From assembly GCA_965202585.1 (NCBI GenBank), contig OZ241834.1:25854001-25918000 (forward strand): a stretch of DNA of 64,000 nt, given 5' to 3'. Source of the DNA: Thalia democratica. Taxonomy: Eukaryota. Shown in pieces: positions 54,830 to 64,000 of the stretch (within the stretch, counting starts at the first letter, position 1; the number at the start of each line of letters is the position of its first letter). The translations under genes were made by a program, and so were the position numbers. Below the pieces are notes generated by a model that did not search any database, had not been told where the DNA came from, and was given only the letters and a program-made list of their open reading frames with translations.

Positions 54830-57810
54830 AACCAGCTGTTCATGCTTACTTAAAGTACAAGAATATAAGCTTAGTACAAATAAGTTCTTATTTGTGTAAT
54901 TTAAAAATTCAAATAAATAAACACACTATTTTTATTGTTTTAAATGCTTTATAAGTTTGTAACTCGTTATGTTGTATAAAAAGCATTGCATTAGTCTAAT
55001 ATGATAAAAACAGTAGTAGTGCTTGTAATCAAATGCTTTGTAACTTTTTGGTTTAGCTAACTTGATTATGTTGTCTGTAAGATTTTTCATCTGAATACGT
55101 TTTATACAAAAGACTTTCTTTTATTCATTTGTTGAAGTTCTGTTAAAAAGTTCAATAAATAAGTGCTTACAAAAAAGTATCATCTTACAAACAAAAATTC
55201 ATATCACTTATAACAAGCAAAGTCTTAGTTTTGACTTTATTTTTAAGTTGTTGTTGTTGATTATTAGTAACACAACCGAGCTTTAACTTTTTGAACATGT
55301 TCTTCTTATCAATTTAATTGCAATTGAAGACATGTAACACGTTTAAAAAAGTTACGAATACATTACTTATTACAATTACTTACATTACTTATTAATACAA
55401 TTAACTTATTGTTTAAACAAAACTCGTTCTTATTCGTTTTATTTTGTAGACTTGTTTAAAAAACACTCAATAGATATTTGTTGTTAGTTTAATTAAAAAA
55501 ACAATGATCTGTCACTACATAAAAATTTATGCTTAAATAAGACATTATATTAAATGAGACTTATATTAAACTTTACTTTGCATTGATATTAAAAATACTC
55601 AATGGTAGTTATTTAACGGAGGTTTGATTGACAAAAGTGTATTAGTCTTATTTATCAGAATGCAAATGAAACAATAAAGATCTGTTTAAAAGTTGAACAA
55701 TCAAATTAATGTAAACAACAGTGATTGTTTAAAACAAACATACAATTGAAATAATCTTTCTCTTTACAAAGCTCATACTTGTTTTGTTGGACTCATTTTT
55801 TTTCTGTGGCTATGACAAATTACGAAATGATTCAAAGGCAAAAAAGAACAGCTTGTTACCATTTTTTGTAACTCTTTTTTAAACTATGTTTGAGACAACT
55901 TAAAACGACTGTACTTGTTTGTTTTAAGCTATGTACTTTTTGAATCTAAAGACTAGGTGGATCACCAATTAATTACACAAGCTACTAATGACTACTAAAC
56001 TCAACAACACAAATACACACACTTAATCAACTTTGTGGTGAAAAAGAATCAAAAAACTATTTCCCTCCAAACTATAAACCCATTATTTATTAAATACCTA
56101 GCTTGCTACAATTTCTCTACTTTACTTTTTTTTATGCAACTGTTAAAAAGGGAACTCTAGCTAGATAACTGCTCTAATCCTTACTTTATTGCTTACTATT
56201 AATGAGTGCTTAGTGAAAAGCTTTAACTAACTTGAGTGTCTTTTTCGTAGACTTTTTCCTTTTAACTTTCTTTTCAAAACAAAACTTATTCTCATTCATG
56301 CTTACTTTGTGGTAATTTTTTAAATTCAATATTTCATTTGTTTTTTAGTTTATTTAAAAAAGCTGTGCCTACGTCACTGTAAAAACTAGTTATATTTTTC
56401 AATGAAAATAGTACGCTTTAACATAAATAAAAATAAAACTTTGACTTATTAACTGAAAACGTTTTAAACTGTTAATAACAGACAATGTTTAGTGTCCTTA
56501 AAAAATACTGTTCAATTACAATTAAATTACAACTGAAACAATTTCAAAACTGATGTAACACTTAAATGTAAACAACATCGATTGTTCAAAAGAAAGAGAA
56601 CACTATTAACAAGTACACAATTTACACAACAAAATATCTTAATAGAATGATGAACTTGTATAAATAAATCTTTTATTTTACAAAGCTTACATCTACTTAG
56701 TTGATTTAAGCTTTCTGATCTTGTCAAGCATATGAAATAAACCATTTGATTAGCTGAAACATGATACAAAGAAAAGAAGTAAAAAACTTATTTGCTTGTT
56801 ACTGTTATGTACGCTATACATAAGAAAACTAAAACTACTGTAACTTGTTGCTTTAAGCTGTGTAGTTTTATAAATCTAAAGAAGAAGAAAAAATTGGACA
56901 AAGCAAAACCAAAACTTTTTTAACCTTCATTTTTTCACAGCTTATTATGTGATAGTACAAGTTCCATAATAGGCAAACAACAATGTAAAACTTTGAATCA
57001 AGCAAATACTTTGTTTTATATGGTCTATAATTGAATAAGATAACAGTTACTTTGTTTCAAGTTTATATGTTATTGCTACAACAGCTATGTTCTTAACGAC
57101 ATCCGAGAATAAAATGTAACTTATCCTAAGTTGTGTTTTCAACTACATTGACAGTAAGTTACTAGAGAACAAAGTTATCTAGTTGTCTGTTTAATAAAAG
57201 TTTTGAGTACATTGCTTATGAGTATATTGATTATGAGTAATCATAAGCAGTAAAGCTAAAAAAAATGAACACTTTTATTCTTTTGGAATTACTTTTTACA
57301 CATTAGTTTAAACTGTAATTAACTTGAACATACTTGATAGAACTTACGATTAACAAAACTCCATGAAATCGAAATAATGAAACTTTGTTTAAGTTTGAGG
57401 TAATAAAAACCTTGTGCTTTGTTAAAACTTTATTACTTTAAGTGGGCGGCAAAGGAAAACTCAGTCTTAACTAGTGCTAACATGTTTTGTTTCATTTATG
57501 TTTTTCTTAATGTATTTAGAGGTGTGCTGTAAGATACAGGCTGTTATTTCTGGACTTTTCAAACTAATGTTTTAAAAAAGGTCAAGTAAACTAGGAAACT
57601 ACTATTAGCAGTAAAGCAATTTAAACTGAATAAAACACATGTTAAACTTGGTAAACACTTCAATCCTAAACTTTAAAAAACAGAACTTTTGTTGTTTGAA
57701 AGTATGTATCAAGAAAGTAGTAATGATAACAGCAAGAACGTTCTATATTTTTTTAACTGAACTTAAATTTATAACAAGTGAAAAAACAAAGTTTGAAAAA
57801 ATAAAACTTA
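54830..57810. repeat. Degenerate terminal spacer of the array (diverged, two large internal deletions, one displaced segment)
   Basis: Collinear blocks align by eye to the spacer with many substitutions; junctions near 55364-55400, 57154-57161 and 57580. Confidence 0.88.
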
Positions 57811-57973
57811 TTGTAGTTTTTTAAGTGAAAAAGTTTAAAATTAATTTTTTAAATTTCAGAAACTGAGAAAACTAAACTTTGGAAAATTATTTTTGTGTAC
57901 TGTAACTAAGAAAAACTATTATTATAAACAACTTTTGTTATTGTAGCTGTAACTATTGTTTTTTGCTTAGTTA

Positions 57974-58002
57974 TTATTGTAAGTTTATTGTAAGTTTATT
58001 GT
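57974..58002. repeat. Short tandem repeat (TTATTGTAAGT x about 2.6)
   Basis: ttattgtaagt-ttattgtaagt-ttattgt read directly. Confidence 0.6.
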
Positions 58003-61000
58003 CATACGAAGGACCCAGGCATCAAAACCTAGGCCACTTATACAGAAAGACATAAAATAGTTATAGTAAACAAAAATAATTTTCTAAAGTTTAGTTACAT
58101 TTAACTTCACTGACTAATCTCAAATATAAAAGTTCTATTAATCTTGAAGTAAGAGTATGAAATTCAGTATTTTAGTAAAATAATCTTTTTTTTCAATTTA
58201 GTTTTTTAACTAAAAATATCTTATTTACGATATTTAAATTTCTCTAGTTGCTATTGTTTTGTTTTCTACAGAATTGATAATGCTTATTTTTAATAACGAA
58301 AGATATTTTCAAAGTGTTTTGTAAAAGACTGAGACAGTGGTTTTTTTAAATGTTTCCTAACCATTTTTATTCAATTAAATACTTAATTAAATGTTATTAA
58401 ACTTTATACTGTTTTATTTCACATAATGAATAACTAACATTTTACTTACAATTAATGTGACAATCTGCGACATGGTTTAGTACTATTTAGGGTTCATCAT
58501 GCATAAATAGTCGTAATTAGCAGCTGCTTCAGTAAAATCAAATAGCTGCTCCTTCTATGTGAAATTAATCACTGATTTGAGATAAAGACTAATTTGGATA
58601 TTATTAACAAATTGAAAAAAAAAATTGGCTAGTTATAAAAAATACTATTTTTTAATAATTTTACAGTTTTTAATTTTAAAAGTGGTACTTATGTTTTTAA
58701 TGAAAAAGTGAAAACTTGAGTTTTCATGGTATCCAATTATGTTACTTAAAGATTTTAAATGTCATTAATATAACTTACAACAAAGTTTGTTTATTGTATT
58801 AAATACTGTGTTATTTTAAAGTATAAAATATCAAAAGTTATTAGTTTTATTTTAACGCCATAACTTTTAATTTGACCTTATGAAATATATAAACACAATT
58901 ATGTAACTCAAATTAAAAAGGCCTCTTTTAACTTATTTTTTTTATAAAATTCATTCGATTATTATTCACTATTATCAGATTGAATCACCAACTTAAGATC
59001 TCTTATAAATAACTATAGGCTCAAAACATTATGTTGTATTTTATAATTTGTAAATTGAAATATTATTTGTGTCCTATATGTACATAGCTTGACTTTTTTT
59101 TATTATTCAGCTTACAAGTAAGTTACAATATTGTAGTACAGTTTATTATATACTTAAAATTGTCGAATAGTTTTAACAATAGATTAAAAGATACAAATTA
59201 AGATAAAAAAAAAAGTATGAAATTTTCAAAACTGAATTCATTATATTTTTTACTAAATAAAAATTAATAACGAATAAGAGGTATTTTGTTGCTTTCGTTT
59301 ACAAATGTTTAGTTTAAACAATAACTATTAACAAGTTAATAAAACTAATGGAATAAAGTATTAACTGTATGTTGTTATCATTTAAGTTTAGTAAGATTTA
59401 ATTTGTATTCAGTCCAATATTTAATTTTGAAAATTAGTAATGAAAAAGTAAGAAAAAAAAAGGATATTGTTTATTTAAATTTTAAAAGTTATAAACTTTT
59501 TTGAGTTGTTGTAAAACTAAAGAAACTAATTCAATAAAGTAATAAAAGGCATATAACTTGGATTAAAAAAATATAACTATTTGTTACTGAAAGCAAAAAA
59601 AAACATTTACATTCGAACAAATAAAGTCTTAAGACTTAACTTTTTATCTTAAGCTATAACAAATTTATAAACTTTTCATATTATGTTATATTAACGGATA
59701 ATCGTGTCAAAACAAAACGTTCCGATCAAACAAAGTTAGTATTCGCAAATAAAGTAACTGACGTAATCGGACCAGTTGTAAATGGTGTTTATGTTCGAGT
59801 TGTTGTGGTGGTACTTTATATTCTGTCAGTTTTTAGTTACAATTTCATAAAAGTTCGGTATGTAAATTTAAAATATCGTTTAAAAAAGTTTTAAAGAAGT
59901 GCTTTTCACGTGTACAGTACTAAAGTTTTGATAGCTTACACTACTTAAATTATACAATAAGACTTTTTATATAATTTTATTCATAACGAAAAATTGTTGA
60001 TATTTTATTTTACTAAATACAATTTCTTAAAGTGTTTATAAAAATATTAATCGAAAGTAATTAGATTTTAAAACAATGAATAAAAATCAGTATCTTAAGA
60101 AAGCCTTTTTAACGCTTAGGAACAATCGTAATATAAACCAAAACTTAAATATATCTACACGTTGTTTGAGCAGTATTTATAGCTTCCGCTACATTAAGTA
60201 TAACAAACGAAAAACGACCCATTACTTATAAAAAATGCTATTTGTTTTATAGGTTAAGTAAATAACTGCTTTCAAAAAAATTATTTAAATTATACATTTA
60301 TTCTGTTAATAAATAAATAAAAAACTTTTTAAGGAAAAGTGCATGGACAAAGAAAAAAATTTGTACTTACTTATTATATCTAACAGAAAAAAGTTAATGT
60401 ATGTTAAAACAATAAAAAAATGTTAAGCTACTTTTCTATATGCGTGTGGTACGAATAGGACTAATAAAATACACAAATCTGTAAAAAGAAAAGTGTTTTC
60501 ACTTTAAAGTAAACAAATTTTTTTAAAGAAAAAGTGTCGCTAGTTTAGCTCAGATCACTATTTTAAAAACAAATCTTTAACTTTTATGAATTTAGTACAA
60601 CAAGTTTTTATTAAAAACATATAGAAATTTAGTACAAATATTTTTAGAATAGTTGCAAATTTAATAACATTGCAAGTTCACGCAGGGCATAGCACACTTA
60701 TTAAATACAAGTTATAATAAAAAGTAATAGATTGCTTGAGAACATTAAGTAAATTAGTCTATATATAGCCAAAAACAACTAAACAACATTGAAATAGTTA
60801 AGTGTGACTTGAAATGTTTTTATTAAACTTGTAGGTTTACGCTTTCATATTAAATTTAAAAAAACAAGTAAGTTTTTTAAAAACACAAAGCATTTATGTA
60901 ATATCTAAATTGAAGCTTAATGACTGTATAATTTGTTGTTTTGTCTTTACCATAAGTAATTGACAAGTAATAGATGCAAAATACTTGTAAACCTCTAAAA

Positions 61001-61483
61001 ATATAGAAGTTTGTCTATTCTTGGTAATTAAAAGTGTTTACATAAAAGTTTCAAAACAAAAAACAACTTATTAAGTATATAAAAGCTTTACAGGAACGCA
61101 TTTTGCTTATTGCATACTAGCTTCTATAACAAAGACTAAGCTATAATATATCTATAAAATAAATATAAATTATAGCTTTTTCAATTTAAAAAAACTTGAT
61201 TTTAGTATGATTTAATTTTTTAATGTTTATGTGTACCTTATGTTTGTAAACAAAAAGTTTTACACACGTAGAAATTAACTAGATTTAAAATTTTGTTTAA
61301 TGTTGCAGAAAAATTTTCGTTGGTTTTTTTTAATTATTATATATATAAATGTTGAAATATTCACAAATAAATAAAAACAAAAAAAGTTTAACAATAGTTA
61401 TGTCCTTAAATTTTCAAAGCTAAATACAAATTGTATTATTATTTTTAAATAAAATTGTTGCAGATTTTAGGACAAAGCAGAAA

Positions 61484-61516
61484 ATGCAAAACAAACTTAC
61501 TTTGTTTTTTGTTAAT
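61484..61516 (+). CDS. Secreted FN2 + C-type lectin-like protein, coding exon 1 (MQNKLTLFFVN)
   Basis: aaaATG, gtaagt donor at 61517, phase 0; first half of a hydrophobic signal peptide. Confidence 0.7.
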
Positions 61517-61674
61517 GTAAGTTTTTTATCAATTATATTAAAAAAGTTCCTCTTTTGTAAACAAAGTTATTTTGAAAACAAATTTTTAGTATATGAAAAT
61601 AACGTAAAGTTATAGATAAAAATATTTAAAAAATATATTACTTACTTTTGAACTTTTTATTTTTTCTACGACAG

Positions 61675-61717
61675 GTTGTTGTCAATATTTTCTCCTTTTC
61701 AGAACCACTTCCAAGTT
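61675..61717 (+). CDS. FN2-CTLD protein, coding exon 2 (VVVNIFSFSEPLPS)
   Basis: acag acceptor, gtaagt donor; 43 nt, phase 0/1; keeps frame with both neighbours. Confidence 0.72.
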
Positions 61718-61881
61718 GTAAGTATATTTAGAAAGAAATGTTTAATTTTTCACAGTTTGCGTACTTATATTTTGATGTTAAATTAAAAAAATTATTAGAA
61801 TAAAGTTATATTCGTGTGCTACTTACTAATAAAGAGTTTTAAATTTACTGAGAGTAATTTAAGAATTTACATTTTTTAAAG

Positions 61882-62079
61882 CGATTGGATACTTGAAAGT
61901 TAAAACTTCCATGGGACACGATTGCGACTTCTCCATCGGATCTATTTACCTTCGAGAGTACACTGACACTTGCACTAGAAAATATCAAAAGTTTTTGTTT
62001 TATCCCGTCACACTGGGAACTCCCTGGTGTGCAACTTCGTTGTATTTTCCCGGTTTCACTGATTGGGGCTGGTGCCAAC
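61882..62079 (+). CDS. FN2-CTLD protein, coding exon 3: fibronectin type II domain (C..C..PWCATS..WGWC)
   Basis: ttttaaag acceptor, gtaaat donor; 198 nt, phase 1/1; four Cys with the WCAT and WG.C hallmarks of FN2. Confidence 0.85.
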
Positions 62080-62302
62080 GTAAATATTAAATAAAATAAT
62101 TATTAAAATCAGTTTTCAAAAAAACTAGTTGATAAAACTAAGGACGTTTTTTTTATGTTAGAATAGTAACACCAACACTGTACTGAAAAAAATAAAAAGT
62201 TGCATTTAATTTCTGAAATTTTAGTTAACCAAGATACTAGTTTAAAAAATTTTAATTTAAAAGATAAAACTACATAAGAGTTGTGTCATTTGAAAATTCT
62301 AG

Positions 62303-62516
62303 AATACAGATGGAGCCACACCATGTCATCTTATAGAGGATCGAAGACAAAGGAATACTACTTCAGTAGAAGTTACTTATTCGAAATCACTTACGAAAAG
62401 GCAAGAAAAATTTGTAACTCCCCTTGGCAAGTTGCTGATTTCGGACTTGATGTGGAAAATAGAAATATGACCGACATAGAGAGTGTTGTTCAAGGCGAAT
62501 CAGTTCAAAAAATAAA
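62303..62516 (+). CDS. FN2-CTLD protein, coding exon 4: N-terminal half of the CTLD (YYFS...TYEKARKICNSPWQVADF)
   Basis: ttctag acceptor, gtaaat donor; 214 nt, phase 1/2; CTLD-type A..IC...(L/V)A pattern. Confidence 0.82.
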
Positions 62517-62660
62517 GTAAATTCTTATTAAAAATACTTATGAAAATACTAAGTGCTATAAGTATTATTTGTATATTTATTGCACAAGTATAAAAAGTAA
62601 ATGATAGATAAATAGAAAGTTTTTGTTTACAAAACAAAAATAAAAATTTACTTTTTACAG

Positions 62661-62820
62661 AGAAATTTTGTATCCATTAGCTGCAACTAAGCACAATTTT
62701 TGGGTGCATCACATCAACAACGAAAACAATCAAATAGTTTGCATCAAATACAATCAAGGAGTTTTGAAAATAACTTCATGTACTGAACATGCTTCCTATG
62801 TTTGCCAACAAGATTTGTAA
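62661..62820 (+). CDS. FN2-CTLD protein, last coding exon (EILYPLAATKHNFWV...IVC...TSCTEHASYVCQQDL*)
   Basis: ctttttacag acceptor; 160 nt; FWV and C..C..YVC CTLD pattern; the five exons sum to 648 nt (215 aa plus stop). Confidence 0.85.
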
Positions 62821-64000
62821 TCAACTGCTGTATTTCAAAAAATTTTGATTATGTACAACAGTTTTCAACTAAAACTATTAAAAACAATTCATTTTGTTTA
62901 TTATATTTTCTACTTACGACTATTAAAACCATACTAAGAAACATTTAATTTTTTTAGAGTTATTTAAAATTCAATTTTTGTTGTCTGTGATCAAATAAGT
63001 TTAAGTTTTGAAATACACGTTTGTTGTTTAAATCGTTTATGACAAAAATTCAAGTTGTATTTTTTGAAGACAGTTTCAAAAGTATAGAGATCACAATCAT
63101 TACAGGCAGTTTCGAAAAAGTTTTTCATTTTTAAATAAACTGTTTTACATCATGACCGATTTCACGAATATTTTGTTATTTTAACTATATTTTTCAAATT
63201 ATAAGTTAAATCTAAAAACAAAATTAAAAAATTAATTAAATCGACAGGCTACTTACCCATTTTATAAGTGTATTATTTATGTAGTTGATATTATCTCAGT
63301 TTTAAACTAAATTTAACCTAACCCAACAGTTTTGTTCTTAATTTAAGTTTGACTAAAAGATTTCAGTTAATAGTTTTTATCTTGAAATAAATTGATAAGA
63401 ACAAACTTTATGTTTAAAGAGAAATTCATTACTATCAATACCAACTACTCTATGTTTAATCATATTTTTAAGAGAACGCCAAACAAACTTGACTAATTTA
63501 ATTACAAAGTTATTCTAATTCTATAGCTATTTTGTAAAATAAATTTTATAACAATTAGGAAGTGCTTTTGAATAGAAAAAAATGACCAGGACTATTTATG
63601 TTTTCAATGATTAATTTAAAAATATTATTATTTTTTAAAATTTTATCGTTAACATTTTAGATTTGTTTTTTTTTTTTTTTAAATTCAATTTAGGTAGTAT
63701 TTAATGAGGTAGTGTAGGTAGTTAAGTATGTTTTTATACTTATTCATTTGTAAAAATTGGAAGGTTTATTTTTCATAATAGACTTACAACTTACATTAAT
63801 ATAAAACAAAGAAAGCCTATTTTGCATTTAGACTATTATATGCAAAAATCTGCAACAGTTAAAAACAACTTTACTTATATACTTCTATAAGATTCAAAAC
63901 TATTTTAAAAAGTTTAAAGACATAACTGTTGTTCAACATTTTTTCTCGCTTTAATATATTTTAATGAATACATTAACATTTCAAATATAATAATTAAGAA

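Noticed and set aside
58003-58055. GC-richer island just right of the array as a missing HPD 5' exon
   Set aside because: All three - strand frames (e.g. MSFCISGLGFDAWVLRMT) lack the HPD N-terminal motifs and suitable splice sites
58480-58560. AGCAGCTGCT palindrome with a second AGCTGCT; - strand FDFTEAAANY
   Set aside because: A short E-box-like palindrome with no other support; the translation ends in a stop and does not match HPD

Overview
AT-rich animal (probably invertebrate) genomic DNA dominated by a ~51 kb tandem array of replication-dependent histone genes (about 6414-57580). It holds seven complete quintets in the order H1-H3-H4-H2A-H2B, all on the + strand, intronless, each gene followed by a 16-nt histone stem-loop. 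The period is 7.21-7.26 kb, made of a ~2.75 kb gene block and a ~4.5 kb AT-rich spacer; a diverged, deleted and rearranged eighth spacer closes the array. To the left are seven intact exons of a 4-hydroxyphenylpyruvate dioxygenase (HPD) gene on the - strand (896-6419). The array's left boundary lies exactly at the 5' edge of the most upstream HPD exon I can find: 6414-6419 is both exon and spacer, and the only usable splice acceptor is spacer sequence. I cannot find the exons for the first ~33 HPD residues, so the array is either nested in a very large HPD intron or has truncated the gene. To the right is a five-coding-exon + strand gene for a 215-aa secreted protein (signal peptide, fibronectin type II domain, C-type lectin-like domain) that the ORF track only shows in fragments. 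Other notable points: an octamer (ATGCAAATTAG) plus CGCG module in front of all four core histone genes; an H1 with no S/T-P sites and three tail cysteines; fixed substitutions in H3 and H4; three H1 length alleles; an H4 R67C copy; and a visible haplotype switch inside the array. All work was by eye, with no database searches; the species is not identified.
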